Shown one piece after another: positions 51,021-64,000 of a stretch of 64,000 nt of DNA. This DNA is from Mobula hypostoma (lineage: Eukaryota): positions 229,526,001-229,590,000 of the forward strand of contig NC_086097.1 of the NCBI RefSeq assembly GCF_963921235.1. The letters run 5' to 3'. A program made the position numbers and the translations under genes. Numbering within the stretch: the stretch's first letter is position 1; each line of letters opens with the position of its first letter. The notes under the pieces are model-generated. The model was not told where the DNA came from and did no database searches. It worked only from the letters and a program-made list of their open reading frames with translations.

Positions 51021-52754
51021 ATTTGAATAGCTCTCACTAAGTTCGTGGCCTAAAGTAGAAGGAGATGAGTTAATAACTTCAAACTTTCTGCATAATCACT
51101 CAAAGAGTTGACCTGCACTTGCATGTAACAAGAGCTAAATAACTCATCTCCTTCTACCTTATCAATCACCCATCTGTGGACACTTTCTGGAGGTCCAAGA
51201 TCCATATGCTCCACAACTGCTGGACTAAACGTGTAAATGTAGGAGGGGACAATGTTGAAAAATAAATGTGCTAGGTTTTCTAAAATTGACTCCTTCTACC
51301 TTAGGCCATGAACATATCAATCACCCCTCATATGTGGATCAGGACAAAGGAAGCTTTGCTCAAACTATGTTGGACCTTAGCTAAAGAGATCAACATGGCA
51401 TGTATATCTCCTGTCTCTCACTAAGTATATTTACCTGGGAGTTCATGCAACATAGATGTACTAGACTGATTCCTGTGATTAGCACAGGTGGGGTGGGGGA
51501 TGGTGGAGAGTATAACTGACTGGGTTTTAGGGTTTAGAGTTTTAGAGCTACTGGGTTTTAGAAGAATGAGAAGTCATCTTACCAATACACAAGATTCAGG
51601 GTGTTGTAGAAAACTCTTTCCTTTGCCAGTGTATCTAGATCTAAAGGGCATGTTCTCAAGGCCATCTAAGACCGAGAAGTGTTTTTTTAAAATGCGAAGG
51701 GATATAAAATTTTGCAATTTCTTTTTACATCATACCCAATGATGGTAAGTCCTTGAGTGTATTTGACACAGAGAAAGATTTTTGGTCACTAAGGAAAATC
51801 AGAGGTGATGAGAATGGGACAAAAAGGTGGTATTGGGGTGCAGAATCAACTTCGACCTTACTATCTTGACTGACACCACTATAATTTCATGGAGCTTAAA
51901 AGAAATTAAAAATAGCACAAAAGGTCAGAGGTGGCATCATTTGAAATAAATGATTAGATTAGTTTGGAAGGAGGAAAACAAAATTGAATAGATAGGGAAT
52001 AAGTGTGGAAAACAGGGAAGTGGAACACAGATTTATTGTCTATATTACTTGTAAAGAAAATTCAAATCTGTTCCGCATACAGTATATACATTTAAATCAA
52101 TTGGGAACAGCAATCCTTAGTGTGTGCAGAGTTGGATTTAGTACGGGATTTCTCCCTGAGTCCTATTTGTTGGCTCTCTTTACCGCTCTCTCCTTATTTA
52201 ATGACTTTCACTCCACCATTATTCTACTTTCTTCCTTCAAGCTCAAGCACACAGTTTAAGATGACAAGCATTTTATTTTATCTTAGCCAGGGAAAAAAAA
52301 TCAAATTGTATTTGACAGATACTGTCCTCCAGTATTATTGGTTCAATAATGTTCAACATCATATGGTTATAGACATCGAGCTACTGAGACTCCCCCCAAC
52401 CCCCCACCCCGTTTATTTTTCCAATACTATATACCAGGGGTTGTAAAATGATAGAATATCAGTAGGGAAAGGGGAATTTGGAAAACCTTAAACATGAAAA
52501 TATATTAATCAGTTTCCTCAAACAAAAATTTTAAAATATTGAATTATTAGGGCTGTGTACAATCCACAGGATAAACATTCTAAATTCTTAGTTGTACGAC
52601 ATTCAGGGTGTTACGGAGAAAAAGTCTTCATGCTGGAATCAGCCTTTTATTTCTTTACAGTAGGAATTCAAATATAGCGTTTCCATAAACTCCTACATGT
52701 CTACCAGATGCAACATGAACACTGAGGAAGTCTACGTTAAATTCCTGTTACTTG

Positions 52755-53175
52755 TGCCATGCTAGGGTGGAGGAGCAACACCTTATTTTCTGTCTGGGAA
52801 GCCTCCAGCCTGATGGCATGATTATCAATTTCCCTTTCGGGTTTTAAAAAACTCCTCCTCCCTCCCCACCCTGGCCTTTTACCTCTCCTCACCTGCCTAT
52901 CACTTCCTCCTGAGACCCCTCCTCCTTCCCTTTCTCCTGTGGTCCACTCTCCTCTCCTACAAGATTCCTTCCTCTCCAGCCCTTTACCTTTCCCACACAC
53001 CTGACTTCACCTATCACCTTCCAGCTATCTCTCTCCCCCTCCCATCTTTTTATTCTGGTATCTTCCCCCTTCCTTTCCAGTCCTGAAGAAGGATCTTGGC
53101 CTGAAATGTTGACTGTTCATTCATTTGCATAGATGCTGCCTGACCTGCTGAGTTCCTCCAGCAGTTTGTGCGTTT
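52755..53175 (+). mobile_element. Older PLE 3' fragment with decayed hammerhead (53078-53115)
   Basis: gaggagcaacaccttattttctgtctgggaagcctccagcctgatggcatg matches the GIY-YIG C-terminus; CAGTC-CTGAAGA-A-GGAT-CTTG-GCCT-GAAA-TGTT-GACTG. Confidence 0.8.
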
Positions 53176-53233
53176 TCATTAGTTTACAAGCTTTCATTAA
53201 AAATAATGCAGTTCAAATCCATTATTTCCTCAC

Positions 53234-53388
53234 CGGAGGTCTCTCGCAATGTGGTCTTGCATGGACACAGTACTAGTGTAGTATTCCTCCTCACACCGAT
53301 GAAGGGCAACTTGGGCCTTTAACAATTCCAGCTTCTTTTGTTCAAGCTGAACTTCTGCCGCTTGGTGCTTCTCAACATGCTGATTAAG
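53234..53388 (-). CDS. Coiled-coil protein, internal exon
   Basis: cttaAG / GTgagg, 155 nt, phase 0-2; LNQHVEKHQAAEVQLEQKKLELLKAQVALHRCEEEYYTSTVSMQDHIARDL(R). Confidence 0.85.
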
Positions 53389-54039
53389 CTTAAGAGGTTT
53401 TAAGGAACAATATGTAACTGATAACGACAATTGAGATAAAGCATCAGATTTCTCTACAGTTATTGTTGTCTTCTACCATCAGAAAACCAGTAGTGGCCTA
53501 AAGGTCTTAGGCAATTCCACTTATCAATTGCACAAACCTATTTCAAAATCATTCTGAAATAATGGCTTGTTCTTGTTAATGAAGAAATAATTCATCACAG
53601 TATATAATTAACAAGGAAAATAAATCGTAATTTATAATTCTTGTTTTTTTAAATTATATGTTTGTAACATAGTTAATCTGGTTGATTGGATTTATTAAGC
53701 AATAAAGTAAGCAGTAAAATGTTAAGGATCAACTGACTGAAAATAGTATTTAAATCTCCAAACCTTAATTCCCAGAACTTTCCAAAGCTTTTTGTACTTT
53801 AAAGAATGCAATTTATTTATCTGGCTCCTTCACATTTTGAGCTATTTGCTTGCACTCCCCAGTGATCTCCTGTAGAACAGTCTCCAAGATTCTGACTAGG
53901 TGCTCCTACAAACACTGCGCTTTCTGAGAGGCATGCTATATTCACAACTTGTGAGGAAGGTGAAAGTCTATGGTGTTTAAGATCAGAACAGAAATTTACT
54001 GATCGGGAACTTTATATTAGAAAGGAATGTAGTCTGTGG

Positions 54040-56650
54040 TCAAGGATGACAGAGAGGTGAAGAAGACATTTAACAAGCTGTCCTTTGTCAGACAGGGCAT
54101 TGAATTTAGGAGCAAGGACATTATGCTGCAGTTTCATAAGTTGTCAGTGAGGGTGCACTTGGAGTATTGTGTAGTTTTCAGCTCTCTTTTGTAGGAAAGA
54201 CGTTGTCAAACATGGAGAGGATGCAGCAGTTTTACAAGGATGTTGCCTGCACTAGAGAGCTGATTTATAGGGAAAGGTTGGCCATGCTGGATCTTTGTTC
54301 TCTGGAGTGCAGAATAATGGGAGGTCACCTTATAGAAGTTTATAAAATCATGAAGAGTATGGGTGGCCAGTCTTTCCTCAGGACTGGGGAGTCCAAAACT
54401 AGTGGGCATAGATACAAGATAAGAGGGAATTTGAGAGGGAGAAGCATAAAGCGCATGTATCAGTATTGCAATGGAATAAAGCGAATTACAGAGGCATGAG
54501 AGTGGAGCTTGCCCAGCTGGATTGGAGGAGGATACTAGTGGGGATGACGGAAGAGTAGAGATGGCTGAAGTTTCTGAGAATAGTTCACAAGGCACAGGAT
54601 AGATATATCCCACTAAAGAAATTGTTCTCAAATGGCAGGGATAGGCAACCATGGTTGACAAGGGAAGTCAAGGACTGCATAAGAGCCAAGGAAAGGGCAT
54701 ATAATGTAGCAAAAGTGAGTGCAAAGTTGGATGATTGGGTAGTTTTTAAAATCCAACAAAATGCAATGAAAAAGCTATAGGAAGGAAAAAGATTAAATGA
54801 GGATAAACTAGCCAATAATATAAAGCAGGATACTACAAGTTTTTATAGTCATATAAAGAGTAAAAGGGAGGAGAGAGTTGATATTGGACCACTGGAAAAT
54901 GATGCTGTTGAGGTAGTAATAGAGGACAAAGAAATGGCAGATGAACTTAATGAGTATTTTGCATCAGTCTTCACTGTGCAAGACACCAGCGGTGTGCCAG
55001 AGGTCCATGACTGGCAGGGAGCAGCAGTGAGTGCCATTGCTATTACAAAGTAAAAAGTGCTAGGCAAACTCAAAGGTCTTAAGGTGGATAAGTTACCTGA
55101 ACCAGATGGACTACTTCCCAGAGTCCTGAGAGAGGTTGCTGAAGAAATAATGGATGCATTAGTTATGGTCTTTCAAGAATCACTTGATTCTGGCATGGTC
55201 CCAGAGGACTGGAAAATCGAAAATGTCACTCCACTTTTTAAGAAGGGAGGAGGCAAAAGAAAGGAAATTATAGGCCAATTAGTCCATTCTCAGTGGTTGG
55301 GGAAGTGTCAGAGACTATTATTAAGAATGAAGTTTTGGGGTAACTTATAGACAAATGATAAAATAAGTCAAAGTCAGCATGGTTTCAGTGAAGAGAAATC
55401 TTGCCTGAAAAACCTGTTAGAGTTCTTCAAGGAAGTAACAAGCAGGGTGGACAAAGGAGAGGCAGAGAATGTCATTTACTTGGATTTTCAGAAGGCATTT
55501 GATAAGGTGCCACACGAAGCTGCTTAACAAGGTAAAATCCTATAAGATACTAGTATGGATAGAGGAATAGCTGACAGGCAAGAGGCAGCAAGTGGGAATA
55601 AAGAGGGCCTTTCCTGGTTGGCTGCCAGTGACTAGTGATGTTCCTCAGGGGTCAGTATATGGGATTGCTACTTTTCACATTATGTAAATCATTGACAAAT
55701 AATGGAATTGATGACATTGTGGCAAAGTTTGCAGATGATACGAAGACAGGTGGAGGGGTAGGTAGTGCTGAGGAAGTAATGCAATTGCAGCAGGACTTAG
55801 ACAAATTGAAAGACTGGCAAAAAAGTGGCGGATGGAATAGAGTGTTGGGAAATGTATGATAATGATTTGGTAAAAGGAACAACAGTACAAACTATTATCT
55901 AAATGGGGAGAAAATTCAAACATCAGAGGTGCAGAGACACTTAGGAGACCTCGTGCAAAACTCTCAAAATGTTAATTTCCAGGTTGAGTCTATGGTAAAG
56001 AAGGAAATGCAATGTTGGCATTTATTTCAAGGGAAATAGAATTTAAAAGCAAGGAGATAATGCTGAGGGTTTATAAGACATTAGTCAGGCCGTACTTGTG
56101 GAGTACAGTCAACAGTTATGGGTCCCATATCTCAGAAAAGATGTGTTGTCATTGGAGAGAGTTGAGGAGTAGGCTCACAAGGATCATTCTGGGAATGAAG
56201 GGGTTAACATATGTGGAGCGTTTGGCAGCTTTGAGCCTGTACTCGCTGGAACTTAGAAGAATGCGGGGCGATCTCATTAAAACTTACCAAATGTTGAAAG
56301 GACTGAATAAGATGGATGTGGAGAGGATGTTTCCTATGGTGGGGGTATCTAGAACTAGAGCGCATAGCCTCAAAATTGAAGGGTGACCCTTTAGAACAGA
56401 GGTAAGGAGAATTTATTTTAGCCAGAGAGTAGTGAATCTGCGGAATGCACTGCCACAGACAGTGATGGAGGCCTCAGTCCGTGAGTATATTTAAGGTGGA
56501 AGTTGATAGTTTCCTGATTGGTCAGGGCATCAAAGGATATGGCGATAAGGCAGATGTATGGGCTTGAGTGGGATCCAGGATCAGCCATGATGGAGCAGAC
56601 TCAATGGGCTGAATGGCCTAATTCTGTTCCTGTGTCTTATGGTCTTATAG
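54040..56650 (+). mobile_element. CR1 LINE remnants (54040-54445 and 54445-56650)
   Basis: KVDKLPEPDGLLPRVLREVAEEI, KFADDTKTGG, RRMRGDLIKTYQMLKG; tcttatgg tail. Confidence 0.88.
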
Positions 56651-56774
56651 GGAAGGGCTTTAAAAGAGACCTGAAATGCAACTCATAAGCACAAGAGTTT
56701 CTGCAGATGTTGGAAATCCAGAGAAATTAAACTATCCAATAAAATAAAATAAAGAGGTAGGTTTGGGAGAGTGA

Positions 56775-57070
56775 CAGGGCTAACAGCACTATTGCCTCAG
56801 AGCTCCAGCAACCCAGGTTCGATTCTGACTCTAGAGCTGTCTGTGTGGAGTCTGCATGATCTCCTGGGTTTCCTCTGGGTGCCTGTTTCCTCCTACATTC
56901 AAAACATCTATGGGTTTGTACGTTAACCGGGTGTTGTAAGCTGCTCTTAATGTACAGGTGAATGGTAGGAGTTGATAGGAATGTATGTAAATTTAAATTT
57001 TATTAGTGTAGTCGATAATCAGCAGGATCTTGGTGGGGCAAAGGACATGTTTCTGAGCTATATCATTCCT
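56775..57070 (+). mobile_element. tRNA-derived V-SINE (HE1-like)
   Basis: B-box GGTTCGATTCT (~56817-56827) followed by gtctgtgtggagtctgcatg...gggtttcctctgggtgc...gtttcctcctaca, typical of the V-domain. Confidence 0.7.
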
Positions 57071-59879
57071 TGAATCTAAGACAATAAACCATTTTAAAGA
57101 TACAAGAGCTGAATAGGACCATAAATGGATTAGCAGAAACATTTTTGCCTCAGGGAGAAAAAGCAAACAGACAGAATGGTGCATTAGTGCAGAGAAATTT
57201 AAAGAGGGAACACATTAAACAAAAATTCAAAAGAGGATAAATGCTCTGATCCAAATATTTTAAGAATTATGGAAAGAGACAGCTGAGGAATTAATTCAAT
57301 AATTTATTAGAATAGGATATAATGCCAAGATGATCACTAGAATTAGGATATATTCAAGGGGAACAGGACACTCCAAGAGAATCTTAGACAGTCATCTTAG
57401 TCACAGAAAATGTAACAGAAATATGCAAATGTTATTGAGGAAGACCGCTGCAAGTTACAGAGGACATCAATAATTTGCTAAGTGGCAAGTATTTGGCAGA
57501 TGAGATTTAAATACAGATAAATGTATGGTAGTACACTTAGGGCAGTTATTCTTTAGGAGTCTCTCCAGAGAGATAGAGTAATAACAGGATCAGAGTACAA
57601 AGACAATCACTAAATGTTGAAGTACAAGATAGTAAAGCAAAAAAAAACCAAACCAGACCCAAGGCTTTTGTTTTTAAGGAAGGATTTAATTGAAAAGGAA
57701 GGTATCAGACATTGCTTAGTTCACAATAGGGCCTGGTTATCAAAAGGATACAGATGCCGTGGAGATGATTTACAAGGAGGATGTCAAAAGTGCAAGTGTT
57801 CAAACACCAGGAAAGACTAGCTCTCTTTCCCTTTGAGACAAGACAGCTGAGCCCTATTAAAATAATGAAAGGCTTTGAAAGAATGGATAACAGAAAAATG
57901 TTGCCATGTAGGAAAAAACAAACTGTAAGACCATTAGTAGAAGATAGACAGCAAGAAATGCAATAGAGAATTCAGAAAAAAACTCTTCATGAAAGAATGG
58001 TGAGAATGTAGAACTCATGACCACGAGGAGTGGCTCATGCAGATACACTTAAGGAATGCCTGAAGAGGGCACAGAACAGAAGGGAGTTTCTGCTGACAGA
58101 TTTAGATGAAGAAAACAGAAGGTGAGTCTTAAGGAGTAAAAAGGTCAAAGTAAACTGGTTAGCTTGCATAGTCCAATACTGTACTGCATAAAATCTATGT
58201 AGTTTTACACATCTGATGAAAATAAACAAAATATAAATTTTGAAGACTATTCTATTGTTGTGGAAGTAACATAGAGAACAAATGATTGTATTTACTTCAC
58301 CTACTATTTTGATTTTTTTAACTTAGCGTGGTTTTGCACAAATCGACTGCACTGAAAATTTTTTTTGCATCGTAAGTTTTTCAAATTTGTTATCAAAACC
58401 AACATGCCATCTTGATTAAGTGGAACATCACAGCAATAGTTAGACATAATATTACTGAAGGATCGTCTGGTGAGGTTTTATGAGTGAAACTGAGAAATAA
58501 GAAGGGGAAGATCCCCTTACTGGGATCGTACTATAGTCCCCGGAAATTAGAGGAACAAATGTGCAGGGCGATTAGGAAAAGATGTAAGAATAATAGGGTT
58601 GTCATTGTAGGTCATTTTAACTTTCCTAACATTGACTAGGATTGCCATCATGTTAAAGGTTTAGAAGAGGCAAAATTTATTCAGAAAATTTGATCAGTAA
58701 AGTTTCATCAGGCAGTGTACCAGAGAGACACACCAGGGAGGGGAGAAAGCTTGATATACTCCTGTGAAATAAGGAAGGGAAAATGACTGAGGCCTCAGTG
58801 GGGGAGCACTTTAGGACCAATGACCATAGTCCAGTTAGTTTTTAAAGTAGTTATAGAAAGGGCCAGAACTGGTCTGCAGGTCCGCGTTTTGAACTGGCCA
58901 AGACAAGGGCTTGCAAAGGTTGTTTAGGCTAGGTTGTTTGCAAAGGGACCTCTGGTAAGTGGGAGGTTTTTATAAGTGAGGCAGCAAGATTTCAAGGATT
59001 ACATGTTTCTGTTAAAGGCAAAGCTGCTGGGAGATGGGAACGTCCAGGGATATTGTAACAGTGGTTAAGAACAAGGAGGGCTTGGGTCAGATACAGGCAG
59101 CTGGGATTGAGAGTCACTGGAGTTATAAAGAGGATACTGGAATATATCCAAGAAGAAAATTACGAGGGCAAAAAGGGGACATGAAATGACTTTGGCAGAG
59201 AAAATTAAGGAAGATCCTAAGAATTTTTAAAAAGTAGATTGGGGAGAAAATAGGGCCCTTCAAAGACCAAGATGGACATCTATTTGTGAGGCTGCTGGAG
59301 ATGGGCAGAATTTTCAAAAAATATTTCTCCTCTGTTTTTATCATGGAGAAGGATGCGAATACTTGAAAATCTGGCAAAGTTAATGGGGATGTTTTGGGAG
59401 TGGTCCACATTACAGAAAAGGTGGTGCATGTGTTAAGATATAAGAGGTAGACAGATCTCCAGGTATAGATGAAACTAGAGAAGAAATTGCAGGAGCCCTT
59501 AATAAGATACTGCAACATTATTATCCTCTGATGAGGTGTCTGAAGACATGAGGATAGCAGAATATTGTGCATTTAAGAAGGGCTGCAAGGATAGACCTGG
59601 TAATTATAGACACTTTAACTGAACATCTGTGGTAGGCGGGAAGTCATTCTGAATGATAAAATATACTTAATTTGGAAAGGCTAGGGCTAGCCAGCATGAC
59701 TTTAGACCATAAGATAAAGACAAAGGAGCAGAAGTAGGCCATTCAGCCCAGACTTTATACATGGAAAATCTTGTCTTATAAATTTGATTGAGATTTTTAA
59801 TGAAATGATGAAGGTGGTTGACAAAGGAAGGAAAATGCAATACATACAGGTTTCAATAAGACTTTGATAAAGTTCTGTA

Positions 59880-60210
59880 TAGAAACATAGAAATACAGGC
59901 CCTTCGGCCCACAATGCTGTGCCGAACACGTACTTACCTTACACACACTCACCACCCTCTGTGTAAAAAACTTACCCCTGACATCCCTTCTGTACCTACT
60001 TCCCAGCACTGTGCCCTCTCGTGTTAGCCATTTCAGCCCTGGGAAAAAGCCTCTGAGAATCCACACGATCAATGTCTCTCATCATCTTATACACATCTAT
60101 CAGGTAACCTCTCATCCTCCGTTGCTCCAAGGAGAAAAGGCCGAGTTCACTTAACCTGAGGCATGTTCCCTAATCCAGGCAACATCCTTGTAAATCTCCT
60201 CTGCACCCTA
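59880..60210 (-). mobile_element. CR1 3' fragment with internal deletions
   Basis: tagaaacatagaaa tail; GSRYRRDVRGKFFTQRVVS. Confidence 0.8.
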
Positions 60211-60611
60211 TGGTTAGGCTGCTCTGGAAGATTAGATCACATGACATTCAAGAGCAGTTAACAAACTAGATACAAAATTAACTGGATGTTAGGAATCAGA
60301 AGTATTAGTGGAAAGATGTTTTTTAGATTGAAGTTTGTGATTAGTAGTGTGATCCAGTGGGTCAATACTGGGCCCGTTATTATTTGTCATCAATATTAAC
60401 AACTTGAATAATCAAGGAAAAGTTTGTAGATGGGTGGTACTGTAGACAGTGAAGAAGAGCATCAAGAATTGCAGTTGGATCTTGATTGGTCGTGTAGGTG
60501 GGCTGAGGAATGGCAAATGGAATTTAATTCAGACAAGGACAAATCAATGTAGGATTTTTACATTGAATGGAAGAACCCTAGGTACTGTTGCGGAACAGAG
60601 GGATCTTGGAA

Positions 60612-61490
60612 TAGAAACATAGAAAATAGGTGCAGGAGTAGGCCATTTGGCCCTTCGAGCCTGCACCGCCATTTATTATGATCATGGCTGATCATCCAAC
60701 TCAGAACCCAGCCTTCCCTCCATACCCCCTGACCCCTGTAGCCACAAGGGCCATATCTAACTTCCTTTTAAACATAGCTAATGAACTGGCCTCAACAGTT
60801 TGCTGTGGCAGAGAATTCCACAGATTCACCACTCTCTGTGTGAAGAAGTTTTTCCTAACCTCGGTCCTAAAAGGCTTCCCCTCTATCCTCAAACTGTGAC
60901 CCCTCGTTCTAGACCTCCCCAACATCGGGAACAATCTTCCCGCATCTAGCCTGTCCAATCCCTTTAGGATCTTATACGTTTCAATCAGATCCCCCCTCAA
61001 TCTTCTAAATTCCAACGAGTACAAGCCCAGTTCATCCAGTCTTTCTTCATATGAAAGACCTGCCATCCCAGGAATCAATCTGGTGAACCTTCTTTGTACT
61101 CCCTCTATGGCAAAGATGTCTTTCCTCAGATTAGGGGACCAAAACTGCACACAATACTCCAGGTGTGGTCTCACCAAGGCCTTGTACAACTGCAGTAGTA
61201 CCTCCCTGCTCCTGTACTCGAATCCTCTCGCTATAAATGCCAGCATACCGTTCGCCTTTTTCACCGCCTGCTGTACCTGCATGCCCACTTTCAATGACTG
61301 GTGTATAATGACACCCAGGTCTCATTGCACCTCCCCTTTTCCTAATCGGCCACCATTCAGATAATAATCTGTTTTCCTATTTTTGCCACCAAAGTGGATA
61401 ACTTCACATTTATCCACATTAAATTGCATCTGCCATGAGTTTGCCCACTCACCCAACCTATCCAAGTCACCCTGCATCCTCTTAGCATCC
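60612..61490 (-). mobile_element. Young CR1 3' fragment, near-identical to 4351-5240
   Basis: ORF 60701-61294 is almost identical in protein to ORF 4448-5386; same tail. Confidence 0.93.
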
Positions 61491-62932
61491 TAGGTGCATA
61501 GTTCCTTTAAAGTGGAATAACAGGGTGGTGAAGAAATCATTTGGCATACTGGCTTGCATCAGTCAAAGCACTGAATATACTTGGAGGTCATGTTGCGATT
61601 GTAAAAAAGGAGTTGGTGAGGCCACACTTGGAATATTGTGTTCTGTTTTGATCACCTTGTTATAAGAAACATGTATTTACACTGGAAAGGGAGAAAAAAA
61701 AATTTACTAGATTGTTGTCAGGTCTCAAGGGACTGAGTTACAGGTGGAGGCTTGGCAGGGTGGGCCTTTACTCCTTGGAGCATAAGGGACTAAGGAGTGA
61801 TGTCAGAGTATTTAAAAACACGAGAGGCATAGAAAGCGCAAGCGGTCTTTTTCCTAAGGTTGAAAAAAATCAAAACAAGAGAACATAGTTTTAAAGTTGA
61901 AAGTGAAATATCCAATAAGAACTTGAGGGGCAACTCTTTTATATCTACCAGCAGGTGATAAGTATATGGAAACAGCTGTAAGAGAAAATGGTTAAGGAAG
62001 GTACACTAGATACATCTGAGTATGTGGACAGGTATATGGATGACAAGAACTTTAGCGATATGGAGCAAGTTCTTGGAAATGGAATTAGCTTGAATATACA
62101 TCTCGGTTGGCAAAGACAAGCAAGGGCCAAAGGGCTACTCTCCATACTGGACAACTCTATAACTCTATTTAGAGGCTACAGCAAAAAGAGATTCACAATA
62201 AATAGCTGTGTTATCTCAAGAGTACTGGCATGGCCTCAGCAGGCCAGCAAGAAACTTAATATTTCCTGCTTATTACTTGGCAAGATGCATCTTCCTTTAG
62301 CTCAATACCTCTCTGAAATATAATGGCTCTCTGGAATGGCCACAGACTTGGGTGACTTAGCCAAGACTTTAATCGGAAGCTTGGTCTATTTTAAAAAACC
62401 ATTACTTTGATTGTTACATAACTGGAGGTTTAGATTACAAAGTGAAACCAGCAGCTGATTCTCATATATGATTAGTACTGTACAGTATATGATCAAGAGA
62501 GACATTACTAACATAAAAATAGAGTAAATGGAAGTCATTCTCTTCTAACATTTTGAAATAGGAATGAAAATTATCCTGAAAATCCTATGAACAGACATTG
62601 CTTAGTAATTAAAGCATATCATTTCTTTTTCCTTAATATACCATAGAAATTTTATACAGTTGGAATCCAGTGACTATATTAAATAAAATATCAGATTAGG
62701 TAAACATGCAAATTTAAATAATTTATGCTAGACAGTTATCATATTTCAATGACCTGTGATCCAAAGTAGGACAGTAATGTTGGATTTGTCAGGTCTCCAT
62801 TTCTCCAAGATTAAATCCATTTTCCAATGTTTTTAACCTTGGAGAAATGCAGACTTTTATGGAATATACAAATACACTTAAAAATGTAAGATTTCAACAA
62901 AGTGAAAAATACCATAACTCTGCCAAACAAAC

Positions 62933-63139
62933 CTGTTTCTCTAGCAACCAGACTTGATGTTTTCCATCTTTTGCTGCAGCATTTGTCCTTTCCAGTTCCT
63001 GTTTGATTTTCACCAGTTCAGACTCCTTATAAGCAATGTCCTGATTAGCAATTTGCTTTTGTTTCTTCAGTTGGACCATTTCCTCTATCAACAATCTCTT
63101 CTCTCTGGAACTAGACTCTATATCAGTCATATTTTTAGT
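62933..63139 (-). CDS. Coiled-coil protein, most 5' exon seen (acceptor uncertain: 63139 or 63268)
   Basis: Donor CAG/GTttgt, phase 0; TKNMTDIESSSREKRLLIEEMVQLKKQKQIANQDIAYKESELVKIKQELERTNAAAKDGKHQVWLLEKQ. The frame stays open to an alternative acceptor ttctaaAG at 63269-63270. Confidence 0.7.
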
Positions 63140-63559
63140 CTTAATGCATTTCAATAGCAAGAGATTACTAAAAATTTTTGCTTGGGATGAAGGGTGAAAG
63201 ACTTTAGGTGTGAAAATACTGCCAATCTTTTCCTCAACCTGATTGTTTCTGAGCAAAACAAGTTTTACCTTTAGAACACAAAAACAGCTTAAAAACATAT
63301 TGCAGAAAGACAGCCTATCGCTTCTCTTTTCTATAGATGGAAAGGGAAAATTAAAATGACTATGGGTTGAGAGCTAATGTAATAACTGACAAGGGAGGAA
63401 GTTATTTATGGAGAAAATAAGGCCCTTAACAACTCATTGTAGATTTCTAATGTTAAGGTGGTTTGTGACAATCTATGGTATGGAAATTAAATTATTTACA
63501 GCTGCCATTAATCTTAAGATGTTAAAATAAATTGTAGTGCTTTAACTGATTCATAAAAC

Positions 63560-64000
63560 ACTACAGCACAGAAACAAGCCTTTTGTCCCACCTCGTTCAT
63601 GCCGAACCATTAATCTGCTTAGTCCCGTTGACCTGCACTTGGACCATAGTCCTCCATATGCCTGCATCCATGTACCTATCCAAATTTCACTTCATTGTTG
63701 GAATTGAACCCACATCCACCAGTTCCACTAGCATTTTGTTCCAAACTCACCACTCCCTTAAACATTTCACCTTTCACCCTTAACCCTGACCTCTAGTTCT
63801 AGTCTCACCCAACTTTGTGGAAAAAGCCTGCTTGCATTTACCCTATCTATACCCCTCATAATTTTGTATGCCTCTCAATTCTTCCTTTCATTCTTCTACA
63901 CTCCAGTGTATAAAGTCCTAACCTATTCAACCTTTCTGTATAACTCAAGTCCTGGCACCATCCTTGTAAATTTCCTCAATACTCCAAATTAGGCCTTGTC
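63560..64000 (-). mobile_element. CR1 LINE 3' fragment
   Basis: Reverse complement of atacaaaattatgaggggtatagatagggtaaatgcaagcaggc; CR1 3' UTR. Confidence 0.8.

Larger units (their letters stand above)
48611..51330. mobile_element. Non-autonomous Tc1/mariner MITE with ~155-bp TIRs, carrying two Rex-like insertions
   Basis: TA-CGAGGGGTGATTGATATGTTCGTGGCCTAAGG... and ...CCTTAGGCCATGAACATATCAATCACCCCTCA-TA; internal repeats of taagttc(a/g)tggcctaa(a/g)gtagaaggagatgagtta. Confidence 0.88.
58440..62150 (+). mobile_element. Old long CR1 remnant hosting younger antisense CR1 fragments
   Basis: Decayed endonuclease (gtcattgtaggtcattttaactttcctaacattgac = VIVGHFNFPNID) through RT and 3' motifs. Confidence 0.75.

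Overview
Repeat-rich vertebrate genomic DNA, most likely a cartilaginous fish (inferred from abundant CR1 LINEs, a V-SINE/HE1-like SINE and Penelope-like elements). Two convergent protein-coding genes are partly contained. On the + strand are the last two coding exons of ZBTB10 (10981-11156, 12331-12681), followed by a ~9-10 kb almost transposon-free stretch that is probably its long 3' UTR. On the - strand are six phase-compatible exons (62933 down to 27349) encoding the C-terminal ~350-400 aa of a coiled-coil protein I cannot name. The rest is nested mobile DNA: many CR1 fragments, two Rex1/Babar-type LINE copies plus tiny 3' stubs, a full-length degenerate Tc1 element, mariner and hAT MITEs, and a 559-bp non-autonomous RTE-like element. 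There is also a Penelope-like (RT + GIY-YIG) family whose 3' end carries a minimal type-I hammerhead ribozyme. This ribozyme module recurs about ten times, including in short fold-back elements whose symmetry axis lies inside the ribozyme. Boundaries of old repeats are approximate.
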